This document shows positions 30,522-39,391 of a DNA stretch of 64,000 bases, in pieces (position 1 is the stretch's first letter; each line of letters starts with the position of its first letter). This DNA is from a virus (Duplodnaviria > Caudoviricetes). Where the stretch lies: IMG/VR virus record IMGVR_UViG_3300036770_003925, positions 231-64,230 of that record; one strand, given 5' to 3'. Under the pieces are notes generated by a model. It was not told the origin of the DNA. It ran no database searches and was given only the letters and a program-made list of their open reading frames with translations. A program made the translations under genes and the position numbers.

Positions 30522-30545
30522 TAGGCTCTACGGAGCCTATTTTTA
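30522..30545 (+). terminator. rho-independent terminator after tmRNA
   Basis: taggctc-tacg-gagccta followed by a T run. Confidence 0.75.
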
Positions 30546-30593
30546 TATAATAAAATAATAAACATAAATAACTCTTTAAACAAGGATACACAC

Positions 30594-31508
30594 ATGCCAA
30601 TTACAACAAAATTGACAATAGCAGATAAACCAATCAATGCAACATATGAAAATGTAACAGGACTAACAGGAGGTACTGACTTAGGTGCAACGTTTGATGT
30701 TACAAAAACTGATGGAGTTTATACAGTAGTAATGGATTCTAGCGCAGGAAGTGCAGGATCAGGTTATGCTCCTGGTAATACAGTTACAATTAAAGGAAGT
30801 GATTTAGGTGGAGTAGATGGAACTAATGATCTTATCGTTACAGTAGCTACAATCGGTGCAGGTGGTAAAATCGCTACATACGGTGCTGTTGGTACAGGAC
30901 GTGTAGGGGACGGTGATATTGATGTATTATTTGAAGGAACAGGTACTTCAGCAAAAGCAGAAACATTTTTATTGGGCGGGAAAAAGTTTGAATTTAATCT
31001 TAGTGTAACATCCAAAGGTGTTGCTACAGTAACACATCCTGTTTTGGATAATGTATCACTAGTGCTTACCGATGTTGAACGATTAGCTTTCTCTGATAAA
31101 ACAGTAGCATTTGATGTTAAAGGAGATGCAGGAGAAGTTTACGCATTATTAGCAGCAGCGTTTGGTAACGGCGATGTTACTGAAAAATTATTAGGCAAGT
31201 ATATTGCAGCAAAGGATTCTGGAAAGACTGATTCAGAAGTAGCACAACTAATTCTTAATAGCAAAGAATACAAAGAAGATGCACTTGGTTCAAGTAATGA
31301 AACCTTTGTCAAACAGGTATATAAAAATGTAACTGGAGAAACAATTGGGATGAGTGATTTGGAATACTTTACAGGTATTTTGGATCGTAAAGAAATATCA
31401 CAACCAGATTTACTTGAATATGCTAGCAATTTAGAGTTTTTCCGTAGTGAGGATTATATTGATTTGGTAGGAATGACTACAATTACTTATGTTCCTGAAG
31501 CTATTTAA
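30594..31508 (+). CDS. surface-layer-like protein with C-terminal DUF4214-like domain
   Basis: VERLAFSD...AGEVYALL-x-AAF...SNETFVKQVYKNV motif of DUF4214 proteins; N-terminal G/T-rich (GSGY-x-PG) structural segment. Confidence 0.6.
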   Translation: MPITTKLTIADKPINATYENVTGLTGGTDLGATFDVTKTDGVYTVVMDSSAGSAGSGYAPGNTVTIKGSDLGGVDGTNDLIVTVATIGAGGKIATYGAVGTGRVGDGDIDVLFEGTGTSAKAETFLLGGKKFEFNLSVTSKGVATVTHPVLDNVSLVLTDVERLAFSDKTVAFDVKGDAGEVYALLAAAFGNGDVTEKLLGKYIAAKDSGKTDSEVAQLILNSKEYKEDALGSSNETFVKQVYKNVTGETIGMSDLEYFTGILDRKEISQPDLLEYASNLEFFRSEDYIDLVGMTTITYVPEAI

Positions 31509-31635
31509 GCTATATTACCAAATATCTTGATATATTTTGAGTAAATTAGTAATGTATTAATGTTTAGTTAAAACGACTAAATATTAATCTTAAATTGAAT
31601 TTTTAATAAATTCAAAAATTTAAAAGGAAAATTGG

Positions 31636-32517
31636 ATGAAAAAACTTTTATTAGCAACGTTAGTTACGGCAGTATTTTCAGCAGCGGCAAGTGCACAAGT
31701 TGTAGTAAGTGGTAAGATCAACAAGACATTTGACCGTACTGAAGTTGGCACAACTTCAAACAATACAGTTTGGACTGATCCAACTAGTAATATTGCAGTA
31801 AGTGTTACTGAAAAGATCGGTGGAATGACAGCCCGTGGCGTAGTAGAAACAAGCCTAAGTGGAAACACATTTGGTACAAGTGATACACGTTTAGGTGATC
31901 GTCAAACTACAGTTGGTTTGGCAGGTAGTTTAGGAAGTGTAGACTTTGGACGCAATGTTCATAGTCATTTTATTAATATTACCAGCAATGATGTATTTGG
32001 TACACTATATGGAAGCGTAGCAGGAGATGTACATCCATTGCATGGATTGCGTATGAGTGATGCAATGTTTGTTGCAATGAAGCCAACCAAAGATACAACT
32101 GTAATGTTAGAGCGTACACAAACAGGTAATCAAGAAATTACTGTATATGGTGCTAACACAAAGGTTGCTGGTGTTAATGCAACATTAACACGCTATGATC
32201 AAGGCAGCACAAAGAGTACAACATTAGGTCTAGGAGCTAAAGGACCAATGAATACTGCATTGCATTATGTTTATAGTAATAATGAAGGCGTTATGAACGG
32301 TAAGGCTCACTTGGTCGGTGCAGCCAAACGCCATGATAACTTTACTATGAAAGCAAGCTATGGTAAAAACGATTTAGATGTTAAAGCATACTCAGTTGGT
32401 GCTGATTATCATCTAAGCAAACGTACTGATGTTACAGTAGCCTATCGTAATGTTGATAGAGCTGGTGCTGCATTTGACGTTTCACAAGTTGGTGTAGGTA
32501 TCACACATCGTTTTTAA
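31636..32517 (+). CDS. Gram-negative outer-membrane porin (betaproteobacterial type)
   Basis: Signal peptide, RQ-x-x-VGL-x-G-x-x-G-x-x-x-FGR, GADYHLSKRT, terminal GITHRF beta-signal. Confidence 0.85.
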   Translation: MKKLLLATLVTAVFSAAASAQVVVSGKINKTFDRTEVGTTSNNTVWTDPTSNIAVSVTEKIGGMTARGVVETSLSGNTFGTSDTRLGDRQTTVGLAGSLGSVDFGRNVHSHFINITSNDVFGTLYGSVAGDVHPLHGLRMSDAMFVAMKPTKDTTVMLERTQTGNQEITVYGANTKVAGVNATLTRYDQGSTKSTTLGLGAKGPMNTALHYVYSNNEGVMNGKAHLVGAAKRHDNFTMKASYGKNDLDVKAYSVGADYHLSKRTDVTVAYRNVDRAGAAFDVSQVGVGITHRF

Positions 32518-32536
32518 TTGTACTTAAGTAGTATAG

Positions 32537-32566
32537 AAAAGGGCACATATGTGCCTTTTTCTTTTT
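32537..32566 (+). terminator. terminator after porin
   Basis: aaaagggcac-atat-gtgccttttt. Confidence 0.7.
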
Positions 32567-32648
32567 GTGCTAAATAAAATCATGTATAAAATAGAATATA
32601 CCAAAAACATTATCGCCCGTGTAAGGGCTTTTTTTATGGAGAAAAATT

Positions 32649-32759
32649 ATGTCATGGTTTAGACAGTTTAGGCCCAAGAACCCACCGTACCCACCTTATA
32701 AAGAACCTAGTCCAATTCCTATACAGGAAAATAAGGAGCCAGTCAAACCAAAACAATAA
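32649..32759 (+). CDS. small Pro-rich peptide (36 aa, MSWFRQFRPKNPPYPPYKEPSP...), not in ORF track
   Basis: GGAG SD upstream; clean ORF between terminator and next late promoter. Confidence 0.5.
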   Translation: MSWFRQFRPKNPPYPPYKEPSPIPIQENKEPVKPKQ

Positions 32760-32766
32760 ATACTAG

Positions 32767-35700
32767 ATGGATATTAAAGAACTACACTCATTCCGTCTAG
32801 GTGACGCTGTTAAATTTCAAAACGTACTAAACCCTAAACTTTTTAAGGGTAATCGTCTTGATCCTGCTGTAAAAAATCAACTAATAACTATATCAAAAGA
32901 CTTTTTAACTGAATTGGGTGTTGGTGATGTTAAGGTAAAAGATATTACGATATCAGGATCTAATGCAGCTTATACCTATACCCCAAACAGTGACTTAGAC
33001 TTACATATTATTGTTGACTATAATCAATTCCCCAATGATAATGTATACAAAGAATTGTTCAATGCTAAGAAAAATCTATATAATGATAGTCATAATATAA
33101 CGATTCGTGGCATTCCAGTTGAAGTATATATGGAAGATAGCAGTGAACCAGTAATTAGTGTTGGTGAATATAGTGTATTGAAAGATAAATGGAATCAAAT
33201 TCCAACTAAGCGTAGAGCAAATTTTGATCAAACAACCACCAAAGCCAAATATGGTAAGTTAAATGATTTTATTCTAAGAGCACTGAAAGAGAAAGATAGC
33301 AAAAAGATATCTAAAGCATTAAAGATTATTAAACGTTATAGACAGGCAGGGTTGGATAAAGGTGGTGAGTTTAGTCCTGAAAATTTAGCCTACAAAGCAC
33401 TACGTAGTCAAAAAGCCATTGAAAAACTATACAAGTTACGTGATGAGTTACATAGTAGAGAATTAAGTATTGAAAATATGTATACTGAGGCCAAACTTGA
33501 ATCAGATAAACCTATTATATACTTTGATATGGATGGTGTGTTAGCTGACTTTAACGGTGGGTATGAAAAACTATTTAATAAGCAACCAAGTGATAGTGCT
33601 AGAGATGATCCTAATGTAGGTAAGTTAGTTGGTAGTGATTTTTTTGCCACACTCAATAAATTACCAGGTGCTGATGCTTTAATTAAAACTGCTGTACAAT
33701 TGTTCGGTGGATATAGTATATGTAGTAGTCCATTGCGTAATGATCATAAAAATAGTGAATTGAATAAAAGATATTGGATTACAAAAAATTTAAACCCACA
33801 ACCTGAGAACATAGTAATAACTGGTAAGAAAGATAGTTATGCTAAGGGTAAAAATGTATTGATTGATGATAAGCCAAAGAATATTATTCCATGGCGTGAA
33901 CGAGGTGGTATTGGTATATTATATAATGCTTATACTGACAGTATAAATGATGTGATTGAACAATTAAAACAAATTGCTAGTCAAATTGATGAAGATATTC
34001 CAGTAACACAAGGCCCAACTCAAAAACAACGAGCAGCAGCAATAGCTAAGACACAACCTAAATTAGGAAGTGGATACTTTGGTAAAGTTTATGATCAACC
34101 AGAAGGGGAATTGGGTATTGGTACAGCAAAGAAAATATCTAGATTTGACCAAGATAAACCATCAATGGACGGTTATTACGCATATATTAATAGGTTAATG
34201 TCATTAAAGGATCAGAACGATAATCCTTATTTACCCCAAGTTTACAATGCTAATGTAGTAAAGCCTAAAAGAGGTGCGCCTTATTTTGAACTAGACATGG
34301 AAAAGTTAAGTAAATGGGAAGACCTTGATGAAGATGAATTGCTAACAATTTTTAGTAGAGCATTAGATGTTCAACTTGATAGTATAGAGGACTTTAGACA
34401 GTTAGTTGGAAGAAAAAGTATTCCTTTTAAAGATATTATAATGACAGAATTGTTGCGTTATATTACTAAAACTTTAAGTGATCCTAACTATAAAGATATA
34501 AAAGGTAATAGTATTAAAGATCCGCAACTAATTGAAGCAATTAATATTATTAGATATTTAGAAAAGACAGGTTATGGAGAAGATTTGCATGCGGGTAACA
34601 TTATGGTACGTAGAACAAAATACGGACCACAACTAGTATTTACTGATCCATTATCATTTGGTAGTCAAAGAAAAATTGATCAGGTAGGGCAAGGAAAGAT
34701 TCGTGTTAACACGATTGGCATAACAGTTCCACCTGATTATTTTGTATATGCTTACGATAAGTTTAATAATAATGCTGTAGAAATTGAAAAGATGTATGGT
34801 AGTTATGATGAAATTAAAAAAGAAGTTCGTCAAAATTATGATCCATATTGGTATGATGTTGAAATTATAGCTAATGATAGAAAATTATATAATCCAGCAC
34901 AACCACCAAAACCAAGAAAAGTTCCTACAGGTGCCGAACAGATTCCAGCAACTACGACCCGAGAAAAAGAAGCTAGAAATAAACAGCACAGTCCTAAAAA
35001 GTATGTTGTATATGATCAACCAAAGAATGCTCCTCCATGGCAAACTAAAAAGATGATTGGAAGTGTTAAAGCAACTAGTGAAAATGAGGCATTGCGATTA
35101 GCTAGACAAAAATTTCAAAATGTCCCTCCTCATAAAATTAGCGTGATGATTGATATAATGCCAAGTGATTCTGGTAATAAACTTGATGAAGAAGATGATT
35201 ACAGTATAGAGGGTAGAGAAATTGATAAAAGACTTAAAGCAGCTGGATATAAAAAATTGGGTGCTGGTGCAGAAGCAGCAGTTTACATAAGAGATCAAGG
35301 ATCCGTAATTAAAATCATCATGCCTGATTTAGAAGATATGAAAAATTTGAACAGAGATTTTTACAACGCAGAGAAAACTTTTTTAAATTTCTATAACTTT
35401 GTTAAAAAAAATAAAGGTAATCCATTCTTACCTAAGTTTATTCCTATACAAGGAAAAGATTATACTAGATTTAAAATTGGAGATAGAACATTCTTGCAGA
35501 TCAGTATGGAGCAACTATACCCATACAAGAAAAATTCATTAGAAGAAGCTATTGTTTGGGCTTTTAGCGAGTTTGCTGCTAGTAAAATGCCATGGTCGGA
35601 AGTTGAAGATAATATGGGTAATCCTGAGACTTTTGAATATTTTGGTGATAATCCACAACAAGATTACTTCAAAGCAAAAAACACTAAGCCTTATAGTTTT

Positions 35701-36429
35701 TCCAAAGCTTGGCAAACACTTGCCATGACTGATAAAAATAAGTTACAATATTATCAATTACTTTATGAAACAATGGCAACATTATATACCTATGGTAGAG
35801 CAAACAATATGGGTTGGGACTTACATACTGATAACGTAATGCGTAGAAAAGATGGGACATTAGTCATTACTGATCCATTCTATGGCTTTATTAATAATAA
35901 GTTAAACGAAGAAAGAATGTTGTCTGAAAATAATCCAAGTATGGACGAGAAAGAAGGTCTAGATTGGGAAAGAAAATTAATGAGATCATGGGCTCCAAAA
36001 GCAGCAATACATATGGCTAAGGTTGTGAAAGATTCATTTAACAGTTTGTATCCCAATGTGCCAATTCGGGTAAGGCGAGAAGATATTTTTATAATGGCTA
36101 CAACTGATCCTAGTGCTGATATTCGTAATCTTGATATAGATGTTTTTAGTCAGCGTGACAACCCTAATTGGGAATGTAATTTCATAGTTAGTCCGCTTTA
36201 CTTTAGGGATGATAGGAAGCCCTATCTTGAACTAATGGTGGATTCTGCTGCCAGTGGTCAATATAAGGGTGTATGGAAATTGATAGCACAAGGCTGGGCA
36301 AGGTATGCCAACAGCCAGTTACAAAAAACTAATGCCAAAGCAGTAGTTTTTTCAGTAGATGAAGACCATAGTGATGCTTGGGCAGTTATTGCTAATCAAG
36401 CAGGTCTTAAGTTTATAGTTCATAATTAA
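32767..36429 (+). CDS. polyvalent protein: Pol-beta-type nucleotidyltransferase + HAD 5'(3')-nucleotidase + two Ser/Thr kinase-like domains + unknown modules
   Basis: GSNAAY...SDLDLH; DMDGVLADF...LIDD; LGSGYFGKVY...DLHAGNIM...FTDP; LGAGAEAAVY...DLHTDNVM...ITDP. Confidence 0.8.
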   Translation: MDIKELHSFRLGDAVKFQNVLNPKLFKGNRLDPAVKNQLITISKDFLTELGVGDVKVKDITISGSNAAYTYTPNSDLDLHIIVDYNQFPNDNVYKELFNAKKNLYNDSHNITIRGIPVEVYMEDSSEPVISVGEYSVLKDKWNQIPTKRRANFDQTTTKAKYGKLNDFILRALKEKDSKKISKALKIIKRYRQAGLDKGGEFSPENLAYKALRSQKAIEKLYKLRDELHSRELSIENMYTEAKLESDKPIIYFDMDGVLADFNGGYEKLFNKQPSDSARDDPNVGKLVGSDFFATLNKLPGADALIKTAVQLFGGYSICSSPLRNDHKNSELNKRYWITKNLNPQPENIVITGKKDSYAKGKNVLIDDKPKNIIPWRERGGIGILYNAYTDSINDVIEQLKQIASQIDEDIPVTQGPTQKQRAAAIAKTQPKLGSGYFGKVYDQPEGELGIGTAKKISRFDQDKPSMDGYYAYINRLMSLKDQNDNPYLPQVYNANVVKPKRGAPYFELDMEKLSKWEDLDEDELLTIFSRALDVQLDSIEDFRQLVGRKSIPFKDIIMTELLRYITKTLSDPNYKDIKGNSIKDPQLIEAINIIRYLEKTGYGEDLHAGNIMVRRTKYGPQLVFTDPLSFGSQRKIDQVGQGKIRVNTIGITVPPDYFVYAYDKFNNNAVEIEKMYGSYDEIKKEVRQNYDPYWYDVEIIANDRKLYNPAQPPKPRKVPTGAEQIPATTTREKEARNKQHSPKKYVVYDQPKNAPPWQTKKMIGSVKATSENEALRLARQKFQNVPPHKISVMIDIMPSDSGNKLDEEDDYSIEGREIDKRLKAAGYKKLGAGAEAAVYIRDQGSVIKIIMPDLEDMKNLNRDFYNAEKTFLNFYNFVKKNKGNPFLPKFIPIQGKDYTRFKIGDRTFLQISMEQLYPYKKNSLEEAIVWAFSEFAASKMPWSEVEDNMGNPETFEYFGDNPQQDYFKAKNTKPYSFSKAWQTLAMTDKNKLQYYQLLYETMATLYTYGRANNMGWDLHTDNVMRRKDGTLVITDPFYGFINNKLNEERMLSENNPSMDEKEGLDWERKLMRSWAPKAAIHMAKVVKDSFNSLYPNVPIRVRREDIFIMATTDPSADIRNLDIDVFSQRDNPNWECNFIVSPLYFRDDRKPYLELMVDSAASGQYKGVWKLIAQGWARYANSQLQKTNAKAVVFSVDEDHSDAWAVIANQAGLKFIVHN

Positions 36430-36431
36430 TC

Positions 36432-36614
36432 ATGAAAGCCAAAGAATTTATTAATGAAGCTTCAGGATATATTCCTAGCGAAAAAGAAAAAAACGATCCA
36501 CGCTTCAAAACAGCATTGACCGTTGATGTACGCCCTGACAGCATTAAAAAGAATGCCAAAGCATTTGGATCAAAAATCAGTAGGGCAGGTATTCCCCCAC
36601 TACTACGTCCTTAA
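36432..36614 (+). CDS. small putative internal head protein
   Basis: N-terminal MKAKEFINE resembles the T4 capsid-targeting sequence. Confidence 0.55.
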   Translation: MKAKEFINEASGYIPSEKEKNDPRFKTALTVDVRPDSIKKNAKAFGSKISRAGIPPLLRP

Positions 36615-36623
36615 ACCCAAAAT

Positions 36624-36652
36624 TTGACAATAATTACCCGTTGTGCTATACT
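36624..36652 (+). promoter_or_regulatory. early sigma70 promoter 1
   Basis: TTGACA-17-TATACT with extended TG. Confidence 0.8.
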
Positions 36653-36680
36653 ATGGGTATAGTAAATCAACGGGGTAGAC

Positions 36681-36764
36681 ATGCAAGATATCAATGATTT
36701 TTTGTTAGGGATTGTAAGTTCTGGTGGTTTAGTCTTGTTGGTTACCCTGTTCAAAGCAATTTAA
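36681..36764 (+). CDS. 27-aa hydrophobic peptide (MQDINDFLLGIVSSGGLVLLVTLFKAI), not in ORF track
   Basis: Fills the space between promoters 1 and 2; GGGG SD-like sequence. Confidence 0.45.
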   Translation: MQDINDFLLGIVSSGGLVLLVTLFKAI

Positions 36765-36769
36765 TAGTC

Positions 36770-36798
36770 TTGACAATAAATGGTCAAGGTGTTATAAT
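36770..36798 (+). promoter_or_regulatory. early sigma70 promoter 2
   Basis: TTGACAATAAAT...TGTTATAAT, 17-nt spacer. Confidence 0.85.
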
Positions 36799-36828
36799 AT
36801 CGGTATAGTCTAGAAAACGGAGCAAGAA

Positions 36829-37125
36829 ATGTCTAAGTTACTTATCACTACCCAAGTTTACGAAAACTACGGTTCCGCTCAAAAACCCTACTGGAAAGCC
36901 AAAGGAGGCGAAGATTATGTGGTACCAAACTTTACCGATTTCAACACCGTCACAGAGGTCGTCCTTAGTCTCCGTGACCAAATCGAGTCCGACACCGATT
37001 ATTTCCGTGAATCAATCATCTGCTGGAACGTGGTTGAGGACAGCTACCTTACGCAATTTGAGCGTAGCCAACTTAAGTACGAAGGTCATATCACATACCC
37101 CGCGAAACAACTGGTTTTAGCCTAA
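36829..37125 (+). CDS. early hypothetical protein
   Basis: TQ-x-YENYG...YWK-x-KGG motif common in phage early ORFs; SD GGAG. Confidence 0.7.
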   Translation: MSKLLITTQVYENYGSAQKPYWKAKGGEDYVVPNFTDFNTVTEVVLSLRDQIESDTDYFRESIICWNVVEDSYLTQFERSQLKYEGHITYPAKQLVLA

Positions 37126-37134
37126 GGAGCTATT

Positions 37135-37392
37135 ATGTTTGTGGTCTATCATAAAGCAAGCACTAAAGTTGTTAAGACTTTTAATCTTAAAAGTGCCGCA
37201 AAGCGTAGTGCGACCTGTTTAAATCGTAAGGCAGGGGACGTATACTACACCCATGCCGATATTGAGACCTACGAAAAACGTGTGGTTACTCGCAAAAAGG
37301 TAAGGAATTTGATGACAGGCCAAGAAGTGGAAATTGATAGTAATACCCCGCGATGTTGCGACCCATCCAGTGAAACTTATTGGTCAATGTAA
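37135..37392 (+). CDS. early hypothetical protein
   Basis: NLMTG...NTP-x-CCDPSSETYWSM C-terminal motif; SD AAGGAG. Confidence 0.7.
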   Translation: MFVVYHKASTKVVKTFNLKSAAKRSATCLNRKAGDVYYTHADIETYEKRVVTRKKVRNLMTGQEVEIDSNTPRCCDPSSETYWSM

Positions 37393-37393
37393 T

Positions 37394-37422
37394 TTGACAA
37401 TAAATGGGCATGGTGCTATAAT
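37394..37422 (+). promoter_or_regulatory. early sigma70 promoter 3
   Basis: TTGACAATAAAT...TGCTATAAT. Confidence 0.85.
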
Positions 37423-37455
37423 AGCATTATTGACAGTTGATTGATGGAGACAGCA

Positions 37456-37689
37456 ATGAAAATTGGTGATATTGTTAAGTCTTTAGATTTCCCAGGTGTA
37501 CACAATTGCTACATGATTGGAAAAGTCACAGGAGTACATTTTGACGGCACTTTTAGGGCCAAATTTATCAAGCGTGTTTGGCTAGGTAATGAGGATCGTA
37601 AGTTTACTACCGACTATTTTACTGCTCCTACCCAAGGTAATTACTTTTTGGACAATGATACTGATCCTAGGGTAATTGTTGTAGGTTGA
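37456..37689 (+). CDS. early hypothetical protein (SH3-like MKIGDIVK start)
   Basis: GGAG SD before ATG at 37456. Confidence 0.6.
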   Translation: MKIGDIVKSLDFPGVHNCYMIGKVTGVHFDGTFRAKFIKRVWLGNEDRKFTTDYFTAPTQGNYFLDNDTDPRVIVVG

Positions 37690-37714
37690 CAATAAATGGG
37701 TTTGGTGATATACT
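37686..37714 (+). promoter_or_regulatory. early sigma70 promoter 4
   Basis: TTGACAATAAAT...TGATATACT. Confidence 0.85.
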
Positions 37715-37740
37715 AACGGTATACTGAAATTTAGGAGATT

Positions 37741-38013
37741 GTGATGCGTACAAAGCGATTGATTACTGGTCTTGACAATAGCCAAAAAATCCGTGTTATC
37801 ATCAACGGAGTTGGTTTCTATACTACGGTTCGTGGTGCTTTTGATTTGTGTTTTCAAAGCCAACGTATCGCGGTAACTTCGGCATTAACCTCACTAGGAT
37901 TCAACCAGTCATTACCTATAGACCGTCGTCCAAGTGGGTTCGGTACTCGCATGACGGTATATGACCATGATAGTAAACATGTAGAAATCGATGTTCAGGT
38001 AGATTTGTGCTAG
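37741..38013 (+). CDS. early hypothetical protein
   Basis: AGGAG SD; follows promoter 4. Confidence 0.6.
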   Translation: MMRTKRLITGLDNSQKIRVIINGVGFYTTVRGAFDLCFQSQRIAVTSALTSLGFNQSLPIDRRPSGFGTRMTVYDHDSKHVEIDVQVDLC

Positions 38014-38019
38014 ACTTGC

Positions 38020-38048
38020 TTGACAATAAATCAAGTATTTGATATACT
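38020..38048 (+). promoter_or_regulatory. early sigma70 promoter 5
   Basis: TTGACAATAAAT...TGATATACT. Confidence 0.85.
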
Positions 38049-38080
38049 AAGTTTTCTTAAATACAACAACAGGAGTTTTT

Positions 38081-39178
38081 ATGAGTAAAGTTTCCGATAA
38101 TCACACTGTGACTAGTGTTCAGACCCGCAAGTCTTTGCTTAAGGCGTTTGAAGCAAAACGTCCGATTTTCTTGTGGGGCCCGCCAGGTATCGGTAAGTCT
38201 GAAGTAGTCGCAGAAGTTACTGCGGAGCTTGGTGGTTTTATGATTGATTTGCGTATGGCGCAAATGGAACCAACTGACATTCGGGGTATCCCGTTTTTCA
38301 ATCGTGACCTTAACAAAATGGATTGGGCTCCCCCGATCGATTTGCCCGATGAGGAACTTGCAAGTCAGTATCCATTGATTGTGTTATTCCTTGATGAGAT
38401 GAACAGTGCACCCCCTGCAGTGCAGGCAGCAGGTTATCAATTGGTATTGAATCGCCGTGTAGGTAAATACGTGTTACCTGATAACGTTGCTATCGTTGCG
38501 GCAGGTAATCGTGATAGTGACAAAGGTGTTACTTATCGTATGCCAATGCCCCTAGCTAATCGTTTCATTCATTTGGAAATGCGAGCAGATTTTGCAAGTT
38601 GGCAAGCATGGGCCGTCAATAAAGGCGTGCACAAGGATGTAGTAGGCTACTTGTCATTTAGCAAGCAGGACTTGTACGATTTTGACAACAAGAGTTCTAG
38701 CCGTGCTTTTGCTACTCCGCGTAGCTGGGTCTTCGTTAGCGATTTGCTCAATGATGAAGATAGTGATCCTGATACCCTCTATAACTTGGTAGCAGGTAGC
38801 GTTGGTGATGGTTTGGCAGTCAAGTTTATGGCACACCGTAAAGTTGCAAGTCGCATGCCTCAACCAAGTGAAATTTTAAGTGGTAAAGTTAAGGATTTGC
38901 AGGTTAAGGAAATTTCTGCAATGTATTCACTGACTATTTCAATGTGCTATGAATTACGTGATGCATTGGATAACAAGAAAGTGGATACCAAGAAATTCCA
39001 TGACATGGCAAACAATTTCTTTACTTATATTATGGCTAACTTTGAGACTGAGTTGGTTGTAATGGGTGCTAAGATTGCTTTGAAAACTTACAAGCTTCCA
39101 ATTGAACCAAGTCAATTGAAAAACTTTGATGAGTTTCACAAGCGTTATGGTAAATACATTGTAGAGGCAGGTAACTAA
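38081..39178 (+). CDS. MoxR-type AAA+ ATPase
   Basis: GPPGIGKS Walker A, LFLDE Walker B, AAGNR, PLANRF, ATPRSW. Confidence 0.85.
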   Translation: MSKVSDNHTVTSVQTRKSLLKAFEAKRPIFLWGPPGIGKSEVVAEVTAELGGFMIDLRMAQMEPTDIRGIPFFNRDLNKMDWAPPIDLPDEELASQYPLIVLFLDEMNSAPPAVQAAGYQLVLNRRVGKYVLPDNVAIVAAGNRDSDKGVTYRMPMPLANRFIHLEMRADFASWQAWAVNKGVHKDVVGYLSFSKQDLYDFDNKSSSRAFATPRSWVFVSDLLNDEDSDPDTLYNLVAGSVGDGLAVKFMAHRKVASRMPQPSEILSGKVKDLQVKEISAMYSLTISMCYELRDALDNKKVDTKKFHDMANNFFTYIMANFETELVVMGAKIALKTYKLPIEPSQLKNFDEFHKRYGKYIVEAGN

Positions 39179-39179
39179 G

Positions 39180-39344
39180 ATGAGACAACTAGGGGGTAAA
39201 AAATACTTTTACGCCCTTGGTCAGTGGGCCCGATCGAAAGGGCTCACTAAGGATCAAGGATTTCGTATTTTAGGTATTAGTGAGGGTACATATGCAAGTA
39301 TTGCATATGATAAAGGTTATCGTGGATTATCAACTAAAGGTTGA
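39180..39344 (+). CDS. hypothetical protein (54 aa, MRQLGGKKYFYALGQW...), not in ORF track
   Basis: Open frame exactly between the ATPase stop and promoter 6. Confidence 0.45.
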   Translation: MRQLGGKKYFYALGQWARSKGLTKDQGFRILGISEGTYASIAYDKGYRGLSTKG

Positions 39345-39369
39345 CATTAATTCCTCGATATACTATACT
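39341..39369 (+). promoter_or_regulatory. early sigma70 promoter 6
   Basis: TTGACA-17-TATACT. Confidence 0.75.
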
Positions 39370-39391
39370 AACAATATTATGAGGAGTTTAT

